DNA of 64,000 bases from an uncultured Clostridiaceae bacterium (GTDB lineage Bacteria > Bacillota > Clostridia > Ch29), in assembly GCA_964508195.1 (NCBI GenBank), contig CAZDSH010000001.1:67263-131262 (forward strand). Direction: 5' to 3'. Position 1 is the first letter of the stretch. Every line of letters begins with the position of its first letter. Positions 28,759 to 37,524 of the stretch are shown piece after piece. The notes beneath the pieces are model-generated. The model made no database searches and was not told the DNA's origin. It saw only the letters and a list, made by a program, of their open reading frames with translations. The translations under genes and the position numbers were made by a program.

Positions 28759-30066
28759 ATGTTAAATGTATCCTTGATTTATATTGCCCTAACGCCCCTT
28801 ATTATTGTTATTACATCTAATTATACTAAACTAAACTCCCCGGGGCCAAAAAAAAATAAAATAGATGAACTGTCCATTTTCCTTTTGGCTTCCCTTGTAT
28901 CCCTATTTGTAATAGGTATCATTTGCTATCCAAAGGAGTGTTATCAAGCCGCCGTAGACGGCGTTAATACCTGGATAAACATAGTGCTTCCAGCGTTACT
29001 TCCCTTCTTTGTCGGTGCCGAGCTTTTAATAGGGCTCGGTGTAATCAATTTAATCGGTATAATGTTGGAACCTATAATACGTCCCTTGTTCAAGGCCCCT
29101 GGCTCCGCAGCCTTTGTTTTTGTAATGAGCATGTTTTCCGGGTATCCCGTGGGAGTAAAATTGACCTGTGACCTTCGAAATAATAAAATGTGTACCCGGG
29201 CCGAAGCTCAAAGAATGCTCGCGTTTTGTAGCACCTCGGGCCCGTTATTCATAATGGGTGCAGTCGCCGTAGGGATGTTCGGCAACCCTTCAGCCGGCGT
29301 TATAATCGCCGTATCCCATTACCTGTCCGCCACGGCCCTTGGCATCCTTGTAGGACTTCTCTTCAGTAAGGGACATTACAAAAAACAAATCCCCCTAAAG
29401 GGTACATGTATCCGAAGTGCGATAAAGACGATGCTGGATAAGAGAAAGCTGGACCCTAGACCCTTCGGCGTCCTATGGGGGGATGCGGTAAAGGATAGCG
29501 TAAACGCCCTTCTTATCATAGGCGGCTTTATTATAATATTTTCTGTTATTATCCAGTTGTTTCATACTACGGGAATACTATATTTCCTTTCAATGCCCAT
29601 TGAAAACTTTTTCGGCAAAAGAGCCCTCCCCCGGGGCCTTATACAGCCCGTCCTCAGCGGTTTTTTGGAAATAACCCTGGGAAGCAGGCAAATTTCTGAA
29701 CTGAAAACCCTGCCCTTCGTTTACGCAGTTTGTTCCCTAAGTCTTATAATAGGGTGGAGTGGACTGTCTATCCATGCCCAGGCATTAAGTTTTATAAGTA
29801 AAACTGATCTAAACCCGTTTCTTTATATGCTCTCAAAATTGTTTCACGGCATCCTAGGTTGTTTAATATCCTATGCATTATGCCTAATATTTCTACCGGG
29901 AGGGTACCGAAACGTATTTTTGCCGGTCTACAGCATACCCCGGCCTTACACGTTTTCACAGGGGCTAACCTTTTCAATAGTAGCTTTTTTCGTGGTATCC
30001 CTTTCGACTATGGCCATAGGCATACTCCAGGGGACCCTGGGAAAACTTTTTTTAAGGGAAAAATAA
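28759..30066 (+). CDS. ylbJ: Sporulation integral membrane protein YlbJ
   Basis: 435-aa polytopic membrane protein in the YlbJ position, adjacent to coaD/ylbK, with a nucleoside-recognition-like fold. Confidence 0.65.
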   Translation: MLNVSLIYIALTPLIIVITSNYTKLNSPGPKKNKIDELSIFLLASLVSLFVIGIICYPKECYQAAVDGVNTWINIVLPALLPFFVGAELLIGLGVINLIGIMLEPIIRPLFKAPGSAAFVFVMSMFSGYPVGVKLTCDLRNNKMCTRAEAQRMLAFCSTSGPLFIMGAVAVGMFGNPSAGVIIAVSHYLSATALGILVGLLFSKGHYKKQIPLKGTCIRSAIKTMLDKRKLDPRPFGVLWGDAVKDSVNALLIIGGFIIIFSVIIQLFHTTGILYFLSMPIENFFGKRALPRGLIQPVLSGFLEITLGSRQISELKTLPFVYAVCSLSLIIGWSGLSIHAQALSFISKTDLNPFLYMLSKLFHGILGCLISYALCLIFLPGGYRNVFLPVYSIPRPYTFSQGLTFSIVAFFVVSLSTMAIGILQGTLGKLFLREK

Positions 30067-30071
30067 TGGTA

Positions 30072-30542
30072 TCAACTTCTCAAATTCTTTATCTCTTCCC
30101 TGTTTTCCTTTATCAGTTCGATGTACTCATAAAACTGTCCTTCTAACTGAGCCAACAGGTTGTCCGCGTATTCCTTTGTGCCTACTCTTATTTCCCGGGC
30201 GTTTTTTTTAGCGCTTTCTATTATTTCCTCACCTTGTATATAGGCCCTACGGGTTATCTCGCTCTCCTCCACCATAGTTTTAATATGTACTTCTGTCTCC
30301 TTTAGCATAAGCTCCGCTTCTTTTTGTGCCTCTATTAAAATCCTATTCCTTTCTTCCTTTATCCAATTTGCCTGTTTTATCTCTTCGGGTAAAATATCCC
30401 TTATGGAATCAATTATACCCAGGGCGTTTTCCCTATCCAACATCACCTTATCGGAGAACGGTACACTCACCCCCGCCTGTATAAACTTTTCTAGCTCCCC
30501 TAAAAGCCCATTGATATCCATACTATCTACCCCCTCGGACAT
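30072..30542 (-). CDS. Hypothetical coiled-coil protein (possibly ATP-synthase b/E-like)
   Basis: 156-aa protein with a charged heptad-rich sequence. It is the last gene of the rsmD-coaD operon. No recognisable catalytic motif. Confidence 0.5.
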   Translation of the reverse strand: MSEGVDSMDINGLLGELEKFIQAGVSVPFSDKVMLDRENALGIIDSIRDILPEEIKQANWIKEERNRILIEAQKEAELMLKETEVHIKTMVEESEITRRAYIQGEEIIESAKKNAREIRVGTKEYADNLLAQLEGQFYEYIELIKENREEIKNLRS

Positions 30543-30548
30543 GGAACA

Positions 30549-31025
30549 TTATTGGTTCTTTTCAAGTAATTTATTGACTACATAATCCGGCACCAGCTCA
30601 TTGACACAACCGCCTAACCTAGACACTTCCTTTACTAAGCTGGAGCTTAGAAACGAATATTCGCTACTTGTCATCATAAAAACGGTCTCTACATTCTTAT
30701 TAAGTTTTCTATTCATTAGTGCCATCTGCAACTCATATTCGAAATCCGATACGGCCCGCAATCCCTTCACGACGGCATTGGCGCCCCTTCGATCCACATA
30801 ATGGATTAAAAGACCGGAAAAGCCGTCCACTTCGACATTTTTCATGTTAACGGTGGCCTGCCTTATCATATCTATTCTTTCTTCGGTATTAAACAGAGGT
30901 GTTTTTAACGGATTATTCAGAACGGCTACTATTACATTATCAAAAAGTTTCGAAGCCCTGTCTATAATATCAATGTGCCCGTAGGTAATTGGATCAAAGC
31001 TCCCTGGATATACTGCTGTTTTCAT
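30549..31025 (-). CDS. coaD: Phosphopantetheine adenylyltransferase
   Basis: MKTAVYPGSFDPITYGHIDII is the canonical nucleotidyltransferase HxGH N-terminus. Confidence 0.95.
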   Translation of the reverse strand: MKTAVYPGSFDPITYGHIDIIDRASKLFDNVIVAVLNNPLKTPLFNTEERIDMIRQATVNMKNVEVDGFSGLLIHYVDRRGANAVVKGLRAVSDFEYELQMALMNRKLNKNVETVFMMTSSEYSFLSSSLVKEVSRLGGCVNELVPDYVVNKLLEKNQ

Positions 31026-31581
31026 TTTTATCCCCCTTGGTAAATATGCTAATTGCGGTACCGCCGTACTTTTTATTCTTTACGGGTATGAACCCGTAAC
31101 AAATATTATTTAAATTAATCGAGACAGGGTGTTCTATTATTGAATACCCCCCATCACTAATAATATCATACTTATCGATTAAAAATAGGATCCTATCGTA
31201 CAGATTTTCCCTATGGGGTGGGTCTACGAATATCAAATCAAAGGTCCTTTTAGTCCCCCTGAACCGCCGTAACGCTTCTAGGGCGTCTATGAACAGAACC
31301 TCGCTTTTATCCTTAAAGCCTGTAATGCTAATGTTCCTTTCTAGCACTTTTAAGGCTTTATAATCCTTTTCTACAAAGGTAGCTGATCGCGCGCCTCTAC
31401 TCAAAGCTTCAAGCCCTAGGCTACCCGTCCCTGCAAACAAATCCAATACTATAGAACCTTGTATTACAGGCCCTACTATGCTAAATACCGCTTCCTTAAC
31501 CCTACCGGCCGTTGGTCTTATCGTAGCGGTCTTAGGCGACATTAACCTCATTCCTTTAGCATTTCCCGCTATAATTCTCAA
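30994..31581 (-). CDS. rsmD: 16S rRNA (guanine966-N2)-methyltransferase RsmD
   Basis: SAM methyltransferase motif DLFAGTGSLGLEA and the DPPH motif (VDPPHR). Located upstream of coaD. Confidence 0.85.
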   Translation of the reverse strand: MRIIAGNAKGMRLMSPKTATIRPTAGRVKEAVFSIVGPVIQGSIVLDLFAGTGSLGLEALSRGARSATFVEKDYKALKVLERNISITGFKDKSEVLFIDALEALRRFRGTKRTFDLIFVDPPHRENLYDRILFLIDKYDIISDGGYSIIEHPVSINLNNICYGFIPVKNKKYGGTAISIFTKGDKNENSSISREL

Positions 31582-31671
31582 TCTTATCCCCTCACACTAT
31601 GTTATTTTAGCATAAATATTATATTTAAACAAAATATTTATATATGGTCCTATATTATATTTATATCTTAA

Positions 31672-31705
31672 AAAAGGGAAGAACCCTAAGGTCCTTCCCT
31701 TTTAT
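31672..31705 (-). terminator. Rho-independent terminator downstream of SASP gene 1
   Basis: Hairpin AAGGGAAGGACC...GGTTCTTCCCTT followed by a T-run on the minus strand. Confidence 0.6.
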
Positions 31706-31716
31706 ATTTATAAGAA

Positions 31717-31920
31717 CTACTTGCCAGCCATTTGTCTTTGTGCCTGTTCGATCATCTGTCTTACCATATTTCCTCCGATATGTCCCGCTTCCCTGGAGGT
31801 AAGGTCACCATTGTAGCCTTTTTTCAGGTTAACACCTACTTGATTTGCCACCTCGAATTTCATCTGTTCAAGGGCAGCCCTTGCTTCGGGTATAACATTT
31901 TGTTTACTGCTTCTTGGCAC
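31717..31920 (-). CDS. Alpha/beta-type small acid-soluble spore protein
   Basis: Conserved SASP core EARAALEQMKFEVANQVGVNL...GGNMVRQMIEQ. A GTG start sits 9 nt after AGGAGGTGA; the in-frame ATG at 31953 lacks a ribosome-binding site. Confidence 0.8.
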   Translation of the reverse strand: MPRSSKQNVIPEARAALEQMKFEVANQVGVNLKKGYNGDLTSREAGHIGGNMVRQMIEQAQRQMAGK

Positions 31921-32033
31921 TTGTGTGTCACCTCCTATTAGCCTTTGTGACATTAATTTAACCATTAGAAATTAATTTAAACTAGTAATTATTTCTCCAA
32001 ACCCTTCAAAAATACAAATTAATAATCGAACCT

Positions 32034-32062
32034 AAAAGGAACGGAAAATTCCGTTCCTTTTA
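32034..32062 (-). terminator. Rho-independent terminator downstream of SASP gene 2
   Basis: Hairpin AAAAGGAACGGAA-AATT-CCGTTCCTTTT. Confidence 0.65.
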
Positions 32063-32071
32063 AATGAAATT

Positions 32072-32326
32072 TTATTTACCAATCATTTGTTTTTGTACCT
32101 GTTCTATCATTTGTTTTACCATGAACCCGCCGATGGATCCCGCATCCTTTGCAGTCATATCACCATTATATCCGTCCTTAAGGTTAACCCCTATCTGGGA
32201 AGCCACTTCGAATTTCATCTTATCAAGGGCTTGTCTGGCCTCGGGATAAAGCGTCCTTTTGCTGCTACCGGAGCTACCCCCGGTGCTGCCGCCGCCCCTG
32301 CCTATCCATCCTGTTAAACCATCCAA
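32072..32326 (-). CDS. Alpha/beta-type small acid-soluble spore protein with a Gly/Ser-rich N-terminal extension
   Basis: SASP core EARQALDKMKFEVASQIGVNL...GGFMVKQMIEQ. A TTG start sits 9 nt after AGGAGGTGA. The N-terminal stretch is GRGGGSTGGSSGSS. Confidence 0.8.
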   Translation of the reverse strand: MDGLTGWIGRGGGSTGGSSGSSKRTLYPEARQALDKMKFEVASQIGVNLKDGYNGDMTAKDAGSIGGFMVKQMIEQVQKQMIGK

Positions 32327-32411
32327 AAAGGTTCACCTCCTATTCACCTGTTCTAATTATATTCTGTGCAGGAATATATATTTTAAACTAGTAATTATTG
32401 TTGGGTATATT

Positions 32412-34478
32412 TTATATAACGTCGGTGAGATCGCTAATCCTATTGAAGGTGTCCTTAATATCGCTAATTAACCCTTTCCAACAATGTTTTTTTAGTATTT
32501 CCCCTTTGTCTAGAAGATGAAAGGCAGCAGATTGAACAGCCTTTAACACCTCTATATCCCGGGGCAACCTAGCGATATGAAACTCCGGCAGACCATGTTG
32601 TTTCGTTCCATAGAACTCTCCGGGCCCCCTTAACTGCAAATCCCTTTCGGAGATATAAAATCCGTCCCTAGATCCTTTTAACACTTTCATCCTATCATAG
32701 GCCCTTTTGCCCAGGCCGTTATTTATCAAAATACAATAGGACTGATCCTCGCCCCTTCCCACCCTACCCCGTAGTTGATGCAACTGAGCAAGGCCAAACC
32801 TTTCGGCATTTTCCACTATCAGTATATTTGCATTAGGGACATCCACGCCTACCTCCACAACGGTGGTTGATACCAGTAGATCGATTCTACCGTTACTGAA
32901 ATCCCTCATTATTCTTTCCTTTGTATCCCCATCCATTCGCCCGTGCAATAGCCCTATTTTATATTTGTCGGCATACATAGTTACAAGTTCCCTATAGGTA
33001 CGCATAGCGGATCTTGCATCTATAGAATCAGTATCTTCGATCAAAGAACATATAACGTAGGCCTGAAAACCCTTTGCAAGTTGCTCCCCCACAAACCCGT
33101 AAGCCCTGAGCCTTTCCCTTTCACTTATAACATAGGTCTTCGTCCCTACCCTGCCCGGTGGCATCTCATCTATTATAGATAGATCCATATCGCCATATAG
33201 TATCATAGCCAAAGAACGGGGTATTGGCGTTGCGGTCATCACAAGGACGTCCGGGGTTTTTCCCTTTTTCGCTAGGGTGAACCTTTGTCGGACGCCGAAC
33301 CGATGCTGTTCATCGGTAATAACCAGCCCTAAGTTTTTGAACCCTATGCCCCCTTGTATGAGGGAATGGGTACCTATTATTATATCCGCGGTTCCATTGT
33401 ACACGCTATCATAAACCCTATCCCTATGGGACGCCGTACAACTGCCCGTTAACAGCTCCACCTTTAAACCCATTGGACATAAAAGGTTTTTTAGCGTCTT
33501 AAAATGCTGTTCCGCCAGTATTTCCGTAGGCACCATTAAAGCCCCTTGGAACCCGTTCTGGGCCGCTTTCACCAAGGCCAGGGCCGCAATGACAGTTTTG
33601 CCCGAGGCCACATCACCCTGCAAAAGCCTATTCATCTTTTTACAGCCTTCCATATCGGCCTTAACCTCCGCCCATACCCTTCTTTGTGCTTCCGTAAGGC
33701 TAAAGGGTAGCGCATCTAAAAGCGCCCTCTCTCCGGGTACCGGCGAAAGGGCTATTCCCTCCCCTTGGTGTTCCTGTTCCTTCTTTACGAGCAAAAGCCC
33801 GAACTGTAGCACAAAGAGTTCTTCGAAAACCAGCCGATATCTGGCCTTTTTTAGGCTTTCCATATCATCGGGAAAATGTATATTTTTTATACAAAACCCT
33901 ATATATTCTAAACCGTATTCATCCCTGAAGTCCCCGGGGAATATATCGCGGGGATCTTTTAAAAAAATGGCCAATGCCCTGGAGATCATGCGTTCAAAAT
34001 CGCCGGACCCGAGCTTACCCCTCTTTGAATAGATCGGCGTTATACTGCCCCTGTACCCATCCTCTCCGGCCATGGCCTCGGTAATATGGGGGTTTTGTAT
34101 CTGTAGCGTCCCCCTATGCCTTACTACGCTGCCGAAAAAGTTATATTCTTTGTTAAGCATAAGGGTCCTCGCACTGTAAGGATTATTGAACCATACTGCA
34201 AAACCCCTGGCAGTGTCGTCGGCTATTGGTACCCGTGTCAGCCTAAGGCCGTTTCTAAGCTGTTGTGTCCTGGGTTTGCCGAGCACCTTAGCCCTTATGC
34301 CGATCCTTTGGCCATGGGAAAGGGCGGCCATCCTAAGGCCACGGGTTCTGTCCTCGTAATCCCTCGGGAAATAGTATAACAGATCCCTTATCGTCTCTAT
34401 ACCCGCTGCCTTTAAGTATTGCTGTTTTTTGGGGCCTACACCCTTTAAAACGGAAACCGGCTGTTTAAGCGTATCCAC
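32412..34478 (-). CDS. recG: ATP-dependent DNA helicase RecG
   Basis: 688-aa protein with an N-terminal wedge domain, SF2 helicase motifs (GDVASGKT, DEQHRFG) and a C-terminal domain. Confidence 0.9.
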   Translation of the reverse strand: MDTLKQPVSVLKGVGPKKQQYLKAAGIETIRDLLYYFPRDYEDRTRGLRMAALSHGQRIGIRAKVLGKPRTQQLRNGLRLTRVPIADDTARGFAVWFNNPYSARTLMLNKEYNFFGSVVRHRGTLQIQNPHITEAMAGEDGYRGSITPIYSKRGKLGSGDFERMISRALAIFLKDPRDIFPGDFRDEYGLEYIGFCIKNIHFPDDMESLKKARYRLVFEELFVLQFGLLLVKKEQEHQGEGIALSPVPGERALLDALPFSLTEAQRRVWAEVKADMEGCKKMNRLLQGDVASGKTVIAALALVKAAQNGFQGALMVPTEILAEQHFKTLKNLLCPMGLKVELLTGSCTASHRDRVYDSVYNGTADIIIGTHSLIQGGIGFKNLGLVITDEQHRFGVRQRFTLAKKGKTPDVLVMTATPIPRSLAMILYGDMDLSIIDEMPPGRVGTKTYVISERERLRAYGFVGEQLAKGFQAYVICSLIEDTDSIDARSAMRTYRELVTMYADKYKIGLLHGRMDGDTKERIMRDFSNGRIDLLVSTTVVEVGVDVPNANILIVENAERFGLAQLHQLRGRVGRGEDQSYCILINNGLGKRAYDRMKVLKGSRDGFYISERDLQLRGPGEFYGTKQHGLPEFHIARLPRDIEVLKAVQSAAFHLLDKGEILKKHCWKGLISDIKDTFNRISDLTDVI

Positions 34479-34503
34479 AGTTTCACCTCGTTAGTAAGTG
34501 TTC

Positions 34504-36117
34504 CTATTCTACGGAGATAATATAATAATACACCGGTTGTCCCCCATAATGTATATCTATCTCATAATCCTCCATTTCACGTTGCAACCTGCTAGCGAAG
34601 TCCGTTGCCCGTTCCTTTGTTATTTCCTTACCGTAAAAAATTGTAATAACGTCGCTTTCTACCGTCTTAAGGGATGAAACCAGTTCAAAGGCAACCTGTT
34701 CTATGTCCTTTCCCTTAGCCCGGATCTCATCCTTAACTATACCGATTATGTCGCCCTCCTGCATTACGATACCATTAAACGTCGAATCCCTAACTGCATA
34801 GGTGATATGTCCGGTCTTTACTGTTTCAATGATAGCCTTCATATCATCGAAATTTTCCTCTGCGCTACATGTCGAGTTAAAAGCGATCATAGCCGTTATA
34901 CCCTGGGGCATCGAACGGGAAGGTATTACAAATATATTCTTATCCGATAATTCCTTAGCCTGATTTGCCGATAATATAATGTTACCGTTGTTCGGCAATA
35001 TAAATATATTTTTTGCCCATAGCCCATCGACGGCCTTTAAAATATCATGGGTGCTGGGATTCATAGTTTGCCCGCCCTGGATTATGCTATCGACGCCAAG
35101 GCTTTTAAATATTTCTACAAATCCATCCCCCATTGCAACACTAATAAAGCCGAATTCCTTTTGTTTTATCTCTTTTTCTATAGTCGACCGATGTTGTTCC
35201 TTCATATTTTCTATCTTGATGCGCGATAATTCACCAAGTCTGAGCCCCTCCTCTAACACTTTACCGGGCCGATTTGTATGAATATGCACCTTTATCACAT
35301 TGCTATCTCCCACTACTAATGTACAGTCCCCAAGGGTGCTATATGCTTTTTTTAGCTGCTCCGCATCTCCCTTAGGGTTTTTTATAACGAATTCCGTACA
35401 ATAGGGAAATTCTAAATCCGTATCTTCCGTCATGTCCGCCGTAGTTTCCTCCGTAATGACGGGAACATATCTCCCCTGATCCTTTAGGGTTATCTCTTCC
35501 CCCCTTAGGGCCTCTAAAAAGCCAATAAGTATAAATACGAAGCCTTTACCCCCCGCATCAACCACCCCCGCCTGGGCTAATACATCTAACATTTCAGGCG
35601 TTCTTTCCAAGGTAGACGCGCAACACTTTATTATTTCGTCTAAAAATTCGTCGAAATTTTTAACGCTACCGCTTATTTCTTTGGCCCTATCAGCCCCCTC
35701 CCTGGCCACGGTCAATATCGTGCCCTCCGTAGGCTTCATAACGGCTCTGTAGGCCGTTTCAACGCCCTCGCCGAGGCCTAGAGCGAAGTCCTCTGTATTC
35801 ATTTTTTTATTGCGTTTTAATTTCGATGCAAAACCCCTAAAAAGCTGTGATAATATCACCCCAGAGTTTCCCCTTGCGCCCATGAGCGAACCGTTTGCCA
35901 CCGCTTCCACAACATCACATACTTGTTCCCTTTTTAATATATTTAGTTCCTGGACAGCGGAGAACATAGTAAGAGACATGTTAGTACCGGTATCACCGTC
36001 CGGGACCGGAAAAACATTTAGGGAATCTACCAGTTCTTTATTGTTATCCAGCGTATTTGCAGCGTTTAAAAACATCCTTTTTAACATAGAACCATCAATC
36101 ACTATTTCTTTGCTCAA
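34504..36117 (-). CDS. yloV: DAK2 domain fusion protein YloV
   Basis: N-terminal Dak2 phosphatase-like domain fused to a YloV C-domain. Conserved asp23-yloV-recG order. Confidence 0.8.
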   Translation of the reverse strand: MSKEIVIDGSMLKRMFLNAANTLDNNKELVDSLNVFPVPDGDTGTNMSLTMFSAVQELNILKREQVCDVVEAVANGSLMGARGNSGVILSQLFRGFASKLKRNKKMNTEDFALGLGEGVETAYRAVMKPTEGTILTVAREGADRAKEISGSVKNFDEFLDEIIKCCASTLERTPEMLDVLAQAGVVDAGGKGFVFILIGFLEALRGEEITLKDQGRYVPVITEETTADMTEDTDLEFPYCTEFVIKNPKGDAEQLKKAYSTLGDCTLVVGDSNVIKVHIHTNRPGKVLEEGLRLGELSRIKIENMKEQHRSTIEKEIKQKEFGFISVAMGDGFVEIFKSLGVDSIIQGGQTMNPSTHDILKAVDGLWAKNIFILPNNGNIILSANQAKELSDKNIFVIPSRSMPQGITAMIAFNSTCSAEENFDDMKAIIETVKTGHITYAVRDSTFNGIVMQEGDIIGIVKDEIRAKGKDIEQVAFELVSSLKTVESDVITIFYGKEITKERATDFASRLQREMEDYEIDIHYGGQPVYYYIISVE

Positions 36118-36138
36118 CTTATGTCCCCCCTTATGCTC

Positions 36139-36489
36139 TTATGCCCGGACACCTTTTACATTTACATTGACTCTTTTAACCTCCGTGCCGGTCATCGTCT
36201 CTACGGAATACTTTACTTTGTCTATAATATTCTGAGCGATGGCCGATATTTTTGTACCAAACTTTACAACTATGTACAGGTCAATTATTAAGGCGTCTTC
36301 TTCTATGTGCACTTTAACACCTTTGCTTAGATGTTCTTTTTTTAAAAGTTTTACTATCCCATCGGTACTTCCCCTTGACGCCATTCCTACAAGCCCGTAA
36401 CATTCCATGGTAGCAATCCCGGCAATATTTGCAAGGACATCATCGCCGATAAATATACTACCAAAATTATTATCAATTTTAGCCGTCAC
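36139..36489 (-). CDS. Asp23/Gls24 family alkaline shock protein (YloU)
   Basis: 116-aa Asp23-family protein in the conserved position upstream of yloV. Confidence 0.8.
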   Translation of the reverse strand: MTAKIDNNFGSIFIGDDVLANIAGIATMECYGLVGMASRGSTDGIVKLLKKEHLSKGVKVHIEEDALIIDLYIVVKFGTKISAIAQNIIDKVKYSVETMTGTEVKRVNVNVKGVRA

Positions 36490-36645
36490 AATATAACCTC
36501 CTAATCAATGATAGGATATTTATATTTTATAATATACCGATTTGTTTTACAACAAACCGTCCTTTGATTTTAGTATTATATTATTGCCAATAATTATGTT
36601 GTATGTTAAAATGAATATGTTTTAACAACGCGAGGAGGTGTTCCT

Positions 36646-36837
36646 ATGGCATCTGTATGTTACATTTGTGAGCGAAAACGCCAGGCCGGTAACAAAATAA
36701 GCCATTCAAATAGACATTCAAGGCGGCGTTGGAAGCCTAATATAAAAAGAGTAAAGGCAATAGTAGATGGTAGTCCCAGAAGTATTTATGTTTGCACGAA
36801 ATGCCTTCGGTCAGGTAAAGTTGTACGATCGATATAG
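36646..36837 (+). CDS. rpmB: 50S ribosomal protein L28
   Basis: MASVCYICERKRQAGNKISHSNRHSRRRWKPNIKRV is canonical L28 with a Cys zinc ribbon. Ribosome-binding site GAGGAGGTG. Confidence 0.95.
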   Translation: MASVCYICERKRQAGNKISHSNRHSRRRWKPNIKRVKAIVDGSPRSIYVCTKCLRSGKVVRSI

Positions 36838-36842
36838 TATAC

Positions 36843-36880
36843 AAAAACGTGCGGGGTACGCTCCCCCGACACGTTTTTTA
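36843..36880. terminator. Rho-independent terminator after rpmB, possibly bidirectional and also serving spoVM
   Basis: AAAACGTGCGGGG-TACGCT-CCCCGACACGTTTTTTATTTTTATT: a GC-rich stem followed by a T-run. Confidence 0.65.
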
Positions 36881-36900
36881 TTTTTATTGTTTATATACGA

Positions 36901-36981
36901 TTAATTTTTAGGTTTAATCCGGAATAATTTTCTTAGGAATGTTCTTAAAAATTTAGGCGGTTTCATTACAAATATTCTCAT
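36901..36981 (-). CDS. spoVM: Stage V sporulation protein M (26-aa spore-coat morphogenetic peptide)
   Basis: MRIFVMKPPKFLRTFLRKLFRIKPKN matches B. subtilis SpoVM (MKFYTIKLPKFLGGIVRAMLGSFRKD) in length (26 aa), in the K-L/P-PKFL core and in basic amphipathic character. Location between rpmB and thiN is identical to B. subtilis. Own ribosome-binding site GGGGGTG. Confidence 0.7.
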   Translation of the reverse strand: MRIFVMKPPKFLRTFLRKLFRIKPKN

Positions 36982-37003
36982 ACCTGCACCCCCAATAGAA
37001 TAA

Positions 37004-37132
37004 TTAACTAGCCAAAACTTTGCAGCCCACGAAAATAAGAGCAATACTCGCCCCCAACAACCAACACCATGCAGGTAATATGAGGCTGCATATAACACCG
37101 AGCACAAACGCAAGAACCAGTAAACTTCCCAT
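37004..37132 (-). CDS. Hypothetical hydrophobic micropeptide (42 aa, single predicted TM helix); paralog of the adjacent 44-aa peptide
   Basis: MGSLLVLAFVLGVICSLILPAWCWLLGASIALIFVGCKVLAS. Shares an AGAAAG-N-ATG upstream context and an LP(A/L)W(C/V)W motif with the 37249-37383 peptide. Its stop lies 22 nt upstream of spoVM. Confidence 0.4.
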   Translation of the reverse strand: MGSLLVLAFVLGVICSLILPAWCWLLGASIALIFVGCKVLAS

Positions 37133-37248
37133 ACTTTTCTTTCTAAAACCCGGCACGTCTGTTCACCCCCGCTACCCGCCGGACACCCTAAAGTATGCAG
37201 CCGGAGTCGGCGGCGGCGGAAACCTATCCGACACATACCATCACCGTC

Positions 37249-37383
37249 CTAACATAGGAAAAGACGATATAAGGTATAAATAAGGACACCCATTAATATG
37301 GCAAGGGTTATGTACCACACCCATAAGGGTATAAACACAACTATTGCCAGCACTCCTATCGCAATTGCCATTAACCCTAACAT
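37249..37383 (-). CDS. Hypothetical hydrophobic micropeptide (44 aa, single predicted TM helix)
   Basis: MLGLMAIAIGVLAIVVFIPLWVWYITLAILMGVLIYTLYRLFLC, starting at an internal ATG. The 61-aa ORF-track version starts at TTG with no ribosome-binding site. Confidence 0.4.
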   Translation of the reverse strand: MLGLMAIAIGVLAIVVFIPLWVWYITLAILMGVLIYTLYRLFLC

Positions 37384-37524
37384 CTTTCTTATACGGGTTC
37401 TCCTTCGCAAGCCCTCCTCCCCCTTATAATGCAATATATACGTCTAATTTTTCGCAAAATAAAAGCTCCCCTAATACTATGGTATTCAGGGGGCTCCCCA
37501 ATTGACACTAATATTTGTATATTT

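Noticed and set aside
36901-37236. 111-aa minus-strand ORF rich in Arg/Trp/Cys
   Set aside because: Only its last 26 codons, with their own ribosome-binding site, correspond to SpoVM. The rest overlaps a better-supported hydrophobic micropeptide in another frame and has a non-protein-like composition.
37249-37434. 61-aa version of the micropeptide ORF starting at TTG
   Set aside because: The TTG start has no ribosome-binding site and adds a highly basic, non-conserved-looking leader. The internal ATG at 37383 with upstream AGAAAG gives a cleaner single-TM peptide. The locus is kept, but as the shorter form.
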